Origin: Nitrospinota bacterium | Lineage (GTDB): Bacteria > Nitrospinota > Nitrospinia > Nitrospinales > JACRGP01 | Assembly: GCA_016217765.1 (NCBI GenBank) | Contig: JACRGP010000032.1 | Location: forward strand, 1 to 58,754 | DNA length: 58,754 nucleotides | Direction of reading: 5' to 3' | Shown here: piece by piece, positions 20,355 through 29,500 of the stretch | How the letters are laid out: every line of letters starts with the position of its first letter | Position numbering within the stretch: the stretch's first letter is position 1 | Translations under genes and position numbers: made by a program | The notes under the pieces: model-generated | What the model saw: the letters and a program-made list of their open reading frames with translations, nothing else | The model's database searches: none | Told to the model about the DNA's origin: nothing

Positions 20355-21739
20355 TCGTCGATACCCACGCCCACCTCGACATGGAGGAATACGACGGCGA
20401 CCGCGCCGAGGTCATCCAGCGCGCCCGCGACAACGGGGTGGACTACATCCTCAACATCGGGTGCGACTTGCGGAGCAGTCTCCGCTCGGTCGAGCTGACG
20501 GAGGAATACGATTTCATCTACGCCACCGCGGGCGTCCACCCGCACGACGCGAAGGACATCAACGGGACGACCTACGGGGAACTGAGGAAACTGCTGGCCC
20601 ACCCCAAGACCCTCGCGCTCGGCGAAATCGGCCTGGACTATTACAAGGACTTCTCCCCGCGCGACGTCCAGCGCCAACACTTTCAAAAACAGGTCGAACT
20701 GGCGCGCGAACTGCGCAAGCCGATCGTCGTCCATTGCCGCGACGCCAATGACGACATCGCCGCCATCCTGTCAAAGTATTATCCCAACAACGACGGCCCG
20801 TCGGGCATCTTCCATTGCTTCTCCGGGGACGAGGAGTTGGCGCGGAAAGCCCTCGACATGGGATTTTACATTTCCTTCGCCGGGACGGTCACCTTCAAGA
20901 AGGCCGAGGCGTTGCGCGAGGTGGTCAAAATCGTCCCCGGCCACCGGCTGTTCCTGGAGACCGACTGCCCCTACCTGGCGCCGACACCCCATCGCGGGAA
21001 ACGCAACGAGCCGTCCTACGTCAACCTCACCGCGGAAAGGATCGCCGAAATACGCGGGTTGACCGTCGAGGACGTCCGGCGCTCGACGTCGCAGAACTTC
21101 CACGACCTGTTCGGCGTCGGCGATGGCGCGAGGACCGGCACGATCGCCTACCGGATCCGCAACTCGCTGTACCTGAACCTGACCAACCGGTGCACCGCCG
21201 ATTGCGTGTTCTGCACGCGGCTGACGTACCCCGTCGTCCAGGGGCACAACCTCAAACTGGAACGGGAACCCACGGCGGAGGAAGTCTGGCGGTCCATCGA
21301 CGACCCAAAAAAATACGACGAGGTCGTATTCTGCGGCTATGGCGAACCGACCCTGCGGCTGAACGCGATCAAGGAAGTGGCGCGCAAGATCAAGGACGCC
21401 GGCGGACGCGTGCGGCTCAACACCAACGGCCACGGCAACGTCATCAACAAACGCAATATCCTGCCCGAACTGGCGGGACTGGTGGACGAGGTCTCCGTGA
21501 GCCTCAACGCCGACACCTCGGAGGCCTACGACGAAATCTGCCGCCCCCTGCCCTCCTACCGCAACGGCATCTTCGACAAGGTCAAGGAGTTCATCGCGGA
21601 AGCCAGGAAATACGTCCCGGAAGTGCAGGTCACCATCGTCACCCAGCAGGCCGGGGTGGACGAACGGCGGTGCGAGGAAATCGTCAAGGACCAATTCGGC
21701 GTCAAGTACCGGCCCCGGCGCCTCGACCTCGTGGGCTGA
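20351..21739 (+). CDS. TatD-family metal-dependent hydrolase fused to a C-terminal radical-SAM domain
   Basis: Residues 1-255 carry the TatD signature (IVDTHAHLD, LGEIGLDY, FHCFSG, LLETDCPYL). Residues about 275-462 carry CTADCVFC (CX3CX2C, nt 21191-21214) and GYGEPTL. The start overlaps the metG stop (ATGA). Confidence 0.85.
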   Translation: MIVDTHAHLDMEEYDGDRAEVIQRARDNGVDYILNIGCDLRSSLRSVELTEEYDFIYATAGVHPHDAKDINGTTYGELRKLLAHPKTLALGEIGLDYYKDFSPRDVQRQHFQKQVELARELRKPIVVHCRDANDDIAAILSKYYPNNDGPSGIFHCFSGDEELARKALDMGFYISFAGTVTFKKAEALREVVKIVPGHRLFLETDCPYLAPTPHRGKRNEPSYVNLTAERIAEIRGLTVEDVRRSTSQNFHDLFGVGDGARTGTIAYRIRNSLYLNLTNRCTADCVFCTRLTYPVVQGHNLKLEREPTAEEVWRSIDDPKKYDEVVFCGYGEPTLRLNAIKEVARKIKDAGGRVRLNTNGHGNVINKRNILPELAGLVDEVSVSLNADTSEAYDEICRPLPSYRNGIFDKVKEFIAEARKYVPEVQVTIVTQQAGVDERRCEEIVKDQFGVKYRPRRLDLVG

Positions 21740-21742
21740 CCG

Positions 21743-22120
21743 ATGCAACCCTGGATTCCGCTGGGCGCGATCCTCGGCGGGCTGAGCGTGATGTTCGGGG
21801 CGTTCGGCGCGCACTCCCTCACGGCCCGGCTGACCGAGCAGAAACTGGCCGCCTTCCACACCGCCACGCAGTACCAGTTCTTCCACAGTCTGGCGCTGGT
21901 CATGGTGGGCATCCTGGCGATTCAGTTGGGCGAGCCGTTCGCCAAAAAGCTGAAACTGGCGGGGAGTTTGTTCGCGGCAGGCATCGCGCTGTTCTGCGGG
22001 AGCATTTACATACTGACCCTCGGCGGCCCGAGATTTTTCGGCCCCGTCACCCCGCTCGGCGGCCTGTCCTTCATGGCCGGATGGTTCACCCTCGCCTACG
22101 CGTTCCTGAAAAAACAATAA
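21743..22120 (+). CDS. DUF423 (YgdD-like) membrane protein
   Basis: 125 aa, four TMs, with GAFGAHSL and QYQFFHSLAL motifs. Confidence 0.85.
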   Translation: MQPWIPLGAILGGLSVMFGAFGAHSLTARLTEQKLAAFHTATQYQFFHSLALVMVGILAIQLGEPFAKKLKLAGSLFAAGIALFCGSIYILTLGGPRFFGPVTPLGGLSFMAGWFTLAYAFLKKQ

Positions 22121-22131
22121 TCTTGATCTTT

Positions 22132-22203
22132 CCCCTTGGCAAAAAGGGGAACCGTCCCTCATCATCATCCCCCTTGCAAAGGGGGACCGAGGGGGATTTG
22201 ATG
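22132..22203. repeat. repeat family A copy A-V (two hairpins + G-run)
   Basis: CCCCTTGGCAAAAAGGGG ... CCCCCTTGCAAAGGGGGACCGAGGGGGATTTGATG. Confidence 0.75.
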
Positions 22204-22204
22204 A

Positions 22205-22269
22205 TTTTTTTTGGAGCGCAACGCGTCCCCGCGTTGCATGCAAAGCCGGGAGGCTTAGCGCTCCAAAAA
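22205..22269. repeat. repeat family B copy 2
   Basis: T8-GGAGCGCAACGCGTCCCCGCGTTGCATGCAAAGCCGGGAGGCTTAGCGCTCC-A5. It differs from copy 1 at 2 positions in the shared core. Confidence 0.85.
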
Positions 22270-22430
22270 CCCCGAACATGATCAAATTGCCCTTCGCCTC
22301 GTTAATAACTATCCCCCGAATCACAAAAGGGGTCACGCCATAACATTTGCAGTTAGCTTTTCGCCCGTTGCGGCTTGAAAAGAGAACACATACCCATTGT
22401 TATGGTCTAAGCTTTTCGGGGGGGGGGAAG

Positions 22431-23186
22431 TCAAATAATATTAACAGTCTTACCCAGATATTCTTCAAAAATTTGGTTTATCTCGCAACCTAAAACGCTT
22501 TTCCTGAGCATTTCCCACCTCCGCTCCTCTTCAATTCCCGGCACCTCAGTCCAGCCCCGGATTCCAGTGATTTCTTCATCCGCATCATCAATAGTTTTTC
22601 CCGTTCTCCCGAAATTTTCCGCTGTAAAATACTGTTGCGCATCAATATGCGGTCCGAAACTCTGATAGCACTGGTAAACAAGCTCCAGTAGTTGCACGAA
22701 GTATGCTTTGCACACCTTTTCAACATCCTCCTCTGGAACAGTCTGTATATCTGCAACGGGGCAAAAAAACCATTTGATGAAATTACCCTGTCGCATGGAA
22801 CCACTGTTGACGATATTTTCTCCTATATGGTGATTTATATTGCGGAAACGATGGAAAAATCGGGCAAGAGGATCATTTTTCAATCCAGCCTGTCTCTCTG
22901 CATACCATTCCTTAAAACCTTCGATGTCCTTCAAAACAGCTTGCATCGACTAGGTAATACTCCGGGACGAGGTCGTAAAGGCACTCACATGGCACCGCAC
23001 CGAAAACATATCTTTATTTTCCAGGGAAATTCGTTTAAGAAAAAACTCTGCTTCAGCCACTTTATGGTCAACAAGACCAAACGACCGGCCCTTGGCAGTT
23101 GCTTCTATAGAGTATTGTTTCAGGCGCTCTCTGAGGTGATTAAAATTTTTGAAGGTTTTCGGGGAGGTCATAGGAGGAGAATACAC
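22431..23186 (-). pseudogene. HEPN-like (RNxxxH motif) hypothetical protein interrupted by an in-frame TAG
   Basis: Listed ORFs 22950..23186 and 22431..22946 share a frame and are separated only by TAG (22950-22952) plus one Ser codon. The junction reads ..SAFTTSSRSIT*SMQAVLKDIEGFKEWY.. The motif FFHRFRNINHH lies downstream. The region is AT-rich. Confidence 0.45.
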
Positions 23187-23195
23187 CCAAACAAT

Positions 23196-23315
23196 TTAAT
23201 CTTCTAATTCATCACCAAGCATCTCTTCAAGTAGATTCACAATGAAATAATTCTGATTTGCTGAAGTCAGATTAGTCTGCTCATTGTAGAGGGACCGCAG
23301 TTCATCCCTTGACAT
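23196..23315 (-). CDS. possible 39-aa acidic small ORF (below ORF-track cutoff)
   Basis: My own translation of the minus strand is MSRDELRSLYNEQTNLTSANQNYFIVNLLEEMLGDELED. It ends 9 nt upstream of the HEPN-like ORF. No homology is recognised. Confidence 0.25.
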   Translation of the reverse strand: MSRDELRSLYNEQTNLTSANQNYFIVNLLEEMLGDELED

Positions 23316-23498
23316 TGTTTCAATTTTAGACTGGATTTGCGAACAGTAAAAATTAGAGAAACCCTTGCCCTAAGTGAAACAATTGACTCCGCAGGCGCAA
23401 AAAGCGCCGACAAAGGAACTTGACAAATTCCCGGCAACCATATATTAAAAATCCCCCGCCCTTCTTTGCCAAAGTCGGATGAGTTCCGCGATCTTTTC

Positions 23499-23843
23499 CT
23501 AAGGCTTGAAACTCAAAAGTTCCGCAAGATGTCGCCGTACGGTTTCCCTGTCGGAGTCCGATAACTTTCCAAGCTTTCCACGTATGAGCCGATGATCGAG
23601 CGTGAACGGTTTAAAACGCGCGATGGAGGGCGAAGGAAGACCGGCGGCTGAAAGATCGTCGATAGGGCAGTCCAGAGGCCAGGGGGCGTGAGAAGCTGAC
23701 GTGATCATGGCCATTACCGAATGGCCGGCGGGGCGGTTGAACCCCTTGGCGTTGGACAATACAAGCGCCGGGCGGTTCTTCACGGCTTGCCGGTCGGTGA
23801 ACGGGAAGGGAACACGCAGAACGTCGAAGGCGTTATAGATCAC
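23499..23843 (-). CDS. mazF: type II toxin, PemK/MazF family
   Basis: VPFPFTDRQAVKNRPALVLS and overall MazF/PemK-like sequence, 114 aa. It overlaps the upstream antitoxin gene by 11 nt. Confidence 0.85.
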   Translation of the reverse strand: MIYNAFDVLRVPFPFTDRQAVKNRPALVLSNAKGFNRPAGHSVMAMITSASHAPWPLDCPIDDLSAAGLPSPSIARFKPFTLDHRLIRGKLGKLSDSDRETVRRHLAELLSFKP

Positions 23844-24057
23844 GGTACGCCTCTTCGTCCTCCGCCCATTCGCTCAACGTTCCCTCCAGCGCCCGGAGAT
23901 ATTCCACGTCCATGGGTTGGACGCGACGCACTTCAACCCGTCCGCCCGCTGTCACCTCCCACGCCAGCAGGTCGCCCGGCTTCGCCTTGAGCGCGGCGCG
24001 GATGGCGCGCGGGATGGTGGTTTGCCCCTTGGCGGTAATTTTAGCAATGGCCGTCAT
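23833..24057 (-). CDS. mazE: type II antitoxin, AbrB/MazE/SpoVT family
   Basis: MTAIAKITAKGQTTIPRAIRAALKAKPGDLL is a SpoVT-AbrB swapped-hairpin motif. 74 aa with an acidic C-terminus. Confidence 0.85.
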   Translation of the reverse strand: MTAIAKITAKGQTTIPRAIRAALKAKPGDLLAWEVTAGGRVEVRRVQPMDVEYLRALEGTLSEWAEDEEAYRDL

Positions 24058-24106
24058 ACCTTTCCTCCAACAAGGACTGCATTATATCCTTACTATACCC
24101 CTCCAG

Positions 24107-24134
24107 CCCCTCTTTGACAAAGAGGGGGGGGAAT
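24107..24134. repeat. repeat family A single arm (A-IX)
   Basis: CCCCTCTTTGACAAAGAGGGGGGGGAAT, between mazE and the LTXXQ lipoprotein gene. Confidence 0.6.
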
Positions 24135-24160
24135 GGAAATCAGTATCCGCCGCGGTCCCC

Positions 24161-24607
24161 TCAGCGGCGCTTCTCTTTGGCCATCGCCGCTTTCAGGGAC
24201 TGTTCCCCTTCCTCATACCGGCGGTATTCCTTCATCTGGTCTTTGTCCAGGATGGGGGCGAGTTGGGCCTCGTTGTCCTTTTGGATTTTCTCCAGCAGGT
24301 CTTTCAGTCCGCATTTGGACACCCCGTCTTCCAGGACGATCTTGAAGGCATCCTGCTTTCTTTGCGCCGACTGCTCGATGACCGGCAGGACCTTCGCCTC
24401 CTGCTCTTGCGTCAGACCGAGACGTATCCGCAAATCGTCCATAACTTCGTTTTTCGATTTGGCGTAGCGCGCGGGCGGCCATTTCGCTTTTTCGGTCGCG
24501 CAGGAAACGAGAAACGCGCCGATGAGAAAGACCGGAAGAACCATAAAAATGGACCGCGATGCAATCGACCCGCGATCTTTTTGGACAGTTCCGTGGAGCG
24601 AACGCAT
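24161..24607 (-). CDS. LTXXQ-motif (CpxP/Spy-like) putative lipoprotein
   Basis: Signal/lipobox FLIGAFLVSC, an LGLTQEQEAKV (LTXXQ) motif, and a helical K/E-rich remainder. It is the last gene of a three-gene minus-strand cluster. Confidence 0.55.
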   Translation of the reverse strand: MRSLHGTVQKDRGSIASRSIFMVLPVFLIGAFLVSCATEKAKWPPARYAKSKNEVMDDLRIRLGLTQEQEAKVLPVIEQSAQRKQDAFKIVLEDGVSKCGLKDLLEKIQKDNEAQLAPILDKDQMKEYRRYEEGEQSLKAAMAKEKRR

Positions 24608-24634
24608 TTTTCTCCTCGATTTGGGTTTATCTCG

Positions 24635-25468
24635 CTACGCGGCGAGGGTCTGGGATTTCAATTTGTAGCTGAAAACCGCGAGCGCCAAGATGAAAAGGAC
24701 GATGGCAACAAGGTGCGGCCACAGGTCGATCTCCCCCGCGCCGAAGTGGATTTGACCGCGGATTTCCCCGGCGTAGTGTTTCATCAGTTCGCCGTACTCG
24801 ATCGTCAGGCGGACGGGATACTCGCCGTCGGGAACGCCGGTCAGCTTGGAAACGGGGATCTCGAAATGCTTCTCCTCGCCGCCGCGGATGGTGAACCCCA
24901 TCATCCCCTTGAAGGTCTCGGAGATCAAGCCGGGCGGCATGAGGAGCGCCAACTGGACATTCTTGAACGAGGAGGAATTGTTTTTAATGGAAACCCGCAT
25001 CGCGGACGCGCCTTCGCTTACGGACGCGACCATCCGTCCCTCGACGTCGGAAACCGCGGGTTCCTTGTAATAGAAGGAATCGGTATGGATCTGGGTCGCG
25101 TTTTGCGGACCGCCGGAGGATTTCTTGTAGCTCGTTATGACGGTCAGGGGATAGCGGCCCACCTGGACCACCGGCGGGTGGCCGGTATTGACGAGCGTCG
25201 CGCTCTCGCCCGGGGCGAGGGAATGGATCATGGGCCCCATGGCCATGGAATGGTGAAAATGGAACATGGGGTGGATATGATAAAGCGGCCGGTCCCAAAG
25301 GTTCTTCAAGGAGAGCGTGACTTTCACCGCGCCCTTTTCGGACACCTCGGAAACCGTGGCGACCTGCAAAAGCTCCTGGGCCAGGACCCCGCCCGGCAAC
25401 AACGTCCCGGCAAGCGCCAAGACCGTCCACAAGAAACTTTTTCCGAAAAACGGGTTTTTACGCATCAT
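24635..25468 (-). CDS. secreted protein with two CARDB-like beta-sandwich repeats, a His/Met-rich insert and a C-terminal TM anchor (hypothetical)
   Basis: Signal peptide FLWTVLALAGTLLPGGVLA. Two repeats of the pattern V.V.L.N....L......L.PGE.......G.YP..L...Y. The insert is HIHPMFHFHHSMAMGPMIH. The C-terminal TM is WPHLVAIVLFILALAVFSY. Confidence 0.55.
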   Translation of the reverse strand: MMRKNPFFGKSFLWTVLALAGTLLPGGVLAQELLQVATVSEVSEKGAVKVTLSLKNLWDRPLYHIHPMFHFHHSMAMGPMIHSLAPGESATLVNTGHPPVVQVGRYPLTVITSYKKSSGGPQNATQIHTDSFYYKEPAVSDVEGRMVASVSEGASAMRVSIKNNSSSFKNVQLALLMPPGLISETFKGMMGFTIRGGEEKHFEIPVSKLTGVPDGEYPVRLTIEYGELMKHYAGEIRGQIHFGAGEIDLWPHLVAIVLFILALAVFSYKLKSQTLAA

Positions 25469-25558
25469 GAAAAACCGCCCCTGAAACCAGCCTCCTTCTT
25501 CACGCCTTCCAAGAATATCAGAAAAACATTAGAACGGCAAAAACGCCCGTCCGCTTGA

Positions 25559-26359
25559 TTAACTCAGTTCCCGGCGCGACTTATCCAGGCCCGCCCAGAA
25601 GGTATGGATCGCGTCCAACGCCTGCCGGCCGCCCTTGAGGAATTTCCTGGCGTCGAAACCGGACTTGAAATACGAATGTTGCATTTCCTCCAGCACGTTG
25701 TCGCCGTGCCCCTTTTCGCTGTTGAAATGAAACAGGAAGAAATCCAGCGGGACCTTACGGGCGTTGTCCGCGCACTGTTGGTTATGAATCTCGATGCCCA
25801 CGATCAGTTCCTTCCAGAAATTATCGGACTCCGCTGTCGCTCCCTTGCCGATCCCCCACGCCGCCCAGGTCTCGATGGCGTAGCTGGCGCCTCTGCCAAT
25901 CTCCCCATCCTTGCTCCCGTAAGTTTCCTCCAGCCCTTTGATGAAAGCTTTCGTGGCGGGGGAGGCCGATTCCCAGCTACCGAGCCGTTGCGGGTCGAGA
26001 CCCAACGGCCGGGCGGTCTCCCTGAGCCAGTTGATATGGGCCCACCCGGTCTTGAACGGCTGGTTTTCCGCGGCGCCGTCCGGAAGGATGCCGACGCCCA
26101 GCTCGTTGACCAGGATGTAACGGGAACGCGTTTCCGCCTCCAGATCCGAGGCGTTGAGCACGCGCAGTAACTGCGCCAGCAGGAACCATTTGGAAAACAC
26201 CGCGAACTGCTCGAACAGGTCCGCGATCTGGCGCCGGTCGGCCTCGCCGGTTTTAAACCATTTGCAGAAGGGGTTGTCGACGATGACCGGATGCCCGTGA
26301 ATTTCCTTCTCGACGATCTCCCAAAAGTCCTCGAACGTCTTGCGTCTTGGAGCATTCAT
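25559..26359 (-). CDS. heme-oxygenase-like (CADD/PqqC/TenA-fold) putative di-metal redox enzyme
   Basis: Helical protein with NPFCKWFKTGE, FEQFAVFSKWF, LVNELG, AHINW, SYAIETW and FHFNSEKGH. The spacing of E/H ligand candidates resembles iron-containing redox enzyme family proteins. Confidence 0.55.
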   Translation of the reverse strand: MNAPRRKTFEDFWEIVEKEIHGHPVIVDNPFCKWFKTGEADRRQIADLFEQFAVFSKWFLLAQLLRVLNASDLEAETRSRYILVNELGVGILPDGAAENQPFKTGWAHINWLRETARPLGLDPQRLGSWESASPATKAFIKGLEETYGSKDGEIGRGASYAIETWAAWGIGKGATAESDNFWKELIVGIEIHNQQCADNARKVPLDFFLFHFNSEKGHGDNVLEEMQHSYFKSGFDARKFLKGGRQALDAIHTFWAGLDKSRRELS

Positions 26360-26587
26360 GACGAACCTCCGCGAATTTGCTCATAATGTTCGGACCGTTT
26401 CCAGACTTCATCGCCTCCCCCCTCGTTTCTCAATTGTACCGCGATCCGGAGCGGACGGCGACAAAATCGACAGGCGGCGCAATGAGTTTCCGCGGAGCGC
26501 GCCCGTCCCCGCGCGATTTCTTTGGGGAATTCGATTTTCAGATGTAATAAAATGAAATAAAAAGCCTTTGTCCCCTATCTTTTGGTC

Positions 26588-29500
26588 ATGGAAGCCGCAA
26601 AAGACATCGAAAATTTTCTCGACCGCGTCCGCCGGGAGCGGGCCGGATTCCACGCCTTGAACGGCTTCTATTCGACGATGGCCGTGTTGACCGGCGGTTA
26701 CCTGGCGGGCAACCTGTTCGCGTATTTTTCCCCGCAACCCCGGGCTTACCTGCCGGCGTTTTTATTTTTAATTTTGGCGATTCTTTCCTACGTCTTCTGG
26801 CGTCATTTCATCCGCGGCGTTTTCTCGCCGTTTTCCCGGGACCGCGCGGCCTTGCTGGTCGAATCGAAATTTCCCGCGCTCAACAATTCGCTCATCAACT
26901 CCTGGCAGTTGCAGGATTGCCTGGGCCGTCCGGAAATGGACCGCGGGATTTCCTTCGCGTTCATCCGGGAACTGGTCCGGGAAACCGCTTTAAGCGTCCA
27001 GGGGATATCCCCCGGCGCCGTCATCGACCGGACGGAAGCTGTCCGGAACCGCAACCGGGCGCTGGCCGCGGTAGGACTGCTCTTGATCATCGCCGCAGTT
27101 CTGCCGGACTTTCCGACCCGCGGTTACTCCAATCTCTTTTCAGGGCCCAAAAGAAGCGCGGTCCCGGCGGAGCAAACCGCCGCCGGCGAAAAGGCGGGCC
27201 CCGCCCCCGCCGCGCCGCTCGTTTTCTCCGTAAAAGACCTGACGCTGGTTTTCAATTACCCCGCATATACGCGTTTGAAAAGCTCCGTCGTCTCCAACGC
27301 CGACGGCCAAATCAACGTCCTTCCGGGGACCGAGGCGCGCGTCAAGGCCAGGATCGACAAACCGGTCGGCGGCGGCAACCTGGTCCTCAACGGCGAGGAC
27401 AGTCTCGCCATGTCGTTGACCGGCGAAACGGAAATCGCCGGGCAAATGCTGATTAAAGAGGAGGGCTATTACCAGTTGGAGATCAAATCCGCCGACGGAC
27501 GAAGCGCCGTCCTGCCGGCCAAGTATCCCATCGCCCTGGCCAAGGACCTTCCGCCCCGGATCATCCTCTTCACGTCCAACCCCAAACCCGTTTACTACCC
27601 GACCGACAAAGTGCAGTTGCTTTACGACAGCGCCGACGACTACGGCCTCCAGAAAATCGAACTGGTGGCGGACGTGGACGGCAAGACCGCGCGTATCCCG
27701 ATCAAAAGCGTGAAGGACGGGACCAAGGAACTGAAAGACAGTTATACGTGGAGCCTTGCCGAGTTGGGAGTGGTCTCCGGGGAGAGAGTAAAATACTACC
27801 TGGAGGCACAGGACAACGATAATATTTTCGGCCCTAATGCCGGGCATTCCGAGGTTTACTCCTTTTCCATCTACGACCTCCAAGGCGAGCGGGAGAACCT
27901 GATCCAGCTACAGGACGAACTGATCGAAAAAACGATCGACCTCCTGGCCCACGGCCTGGTGGGGGGCGACCAGCGCTTCAAGCAAGGCCCGCCCAACGCC
28001 CAGAAACTGAAAGCGTTCATGACCGCCGGCGCGGACCAGACCATCGACATCGTCAACCTGGCGCAACGCATTCTGGACCAGGCCAAAACGGTCCCGTCAT
28101 TCCCCCAGTCCTATCTTGTCCTGATGAAAAACATCGTTTCCGATCTGACGCGGGTCCGCGCGGAGCAAATCGAGTCCATCGGCAAAATCACCGCGTCCCT
28201 GGTCCAATCCACTCCCATCGGGTACGATTTCCCGCCCTTCGAGGAGGTCAACGACAAACTCGTCGCGCATTTGGAAAAAGCCATCCTGTTCCTGATCAAG
28301 ATCAACAACCGGCAGAAGATGGACCGGGCGATGGACATGAAAAGGAGCCTGAACGATCTGGCCGAACTGCTGAAAAAAGAATTCGAAAGGGCCAAACAGG
28401 GAAAGAAGCCCTTGAACATCCCCGATTTCAAAAAACAGATCGAGAAGATCAAGCAGACCATGAAAAAGATGATGGACCAGCTCGCGCGCCAGACGCAGGC
28501 CCTACCCGACGAATTTCTCAACCCCAATTCGTTCAAGTCCCTGGACTTCGAGAAGTTCGAGGCCGCCCTGGAAAAGATCATGGACCTGGCCGGCAAGAAC
28601 GACCTGGACAAGGCGATCAAGGAAATGGAGAAGCTTTCCGACGATTTGAAGACCTTGTCCAACCAGCTCGACCAGGCGGAGGCGTCCATGGACAAGCTGG
28701 TCGACATGGAGATCATGAAGAAAATCGACGACGCGCTCCGCGACCTTCTGAAACTGGAGAAGGAGCAGACCCAACTGTTGGAACAAACCGGCAAGATCAA
28801 CCAATCCCTGAGGGAGTCGCAAGCGGGGATTTTCGAGGACCGGCTGAAAAAATTTTTCGAGTCCCTTAAAAGCGACGTCAACCAGGTCCAGAACATCCTC
28901 AAGGGAAACGGCCAGTTCCTTGAAAACCACGGGACGCTTAAAAAGTTCGCCGAACTTCTGGACCGCGAGAACCGCGAGAACCAGGACATCAAGGACCTGG
29001 AGCAAAAGACGATCGACTCCCTGCAATCCAGCAACCTGGATGCCAACTTCGCCAAACTCAACCAGGCCCGCGCCAAACGCTCGCAAACCCTGGAGGAAAT
29101 CGAGGCCTTGCGGGCCGGCGTGGTCCAGCGTTTCAAGAATTTCCTGCCCCAATTCTCCGAAAAATACGACGCATTGGAGGAACTCGCCGAGCTTTCGGAC
29201 CTGCCGGAGTTCAACTCGCAGTTCAAGAACGTCTACCCCGAGACGCTTCGCTGGATGAACAACCTGAGCATGGCCCCCGATACAAGACCGGACCTGGCCG
29301 ACCGCTTGAACGGCGACCTGCGGGAAATAAACCGGATCAACGGCGAGATTTCCAAGAAGCTGGGGACCACCCTGCGCGAGCTGGAGAAGAACTTCCGGGA
29401 CCTCCTCACCCAGCAAAACAAGGAGGAAATGGAGAGGATCGCCAAAAAACAAAGCCAGATGGAAAAGACCTCCGGGGAGTTGGCGCAACGGTTCGCGAAA

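Noticed and set aside
22205-22269. Family B element as a bidirectional intrinsic terminator.
   Set aside because: The T-run precedes and the A-run follows the stem on the plus strand, and the same holds for the reverse complement. That is the opposite of a terminator arrangement. Copy 1 also lies in a divergent promoter region.
22950-22952. The in-frame TAG in the HEPN-like gene as a recoded (pyrrolysine or read-through) codon.
   Set aside because: No pyl genes or recoding signals are visible in the window, and TAG appears to be used as an ordinary stop elsewhere. I treat it as a disruption until read data or homologues say otherwise.
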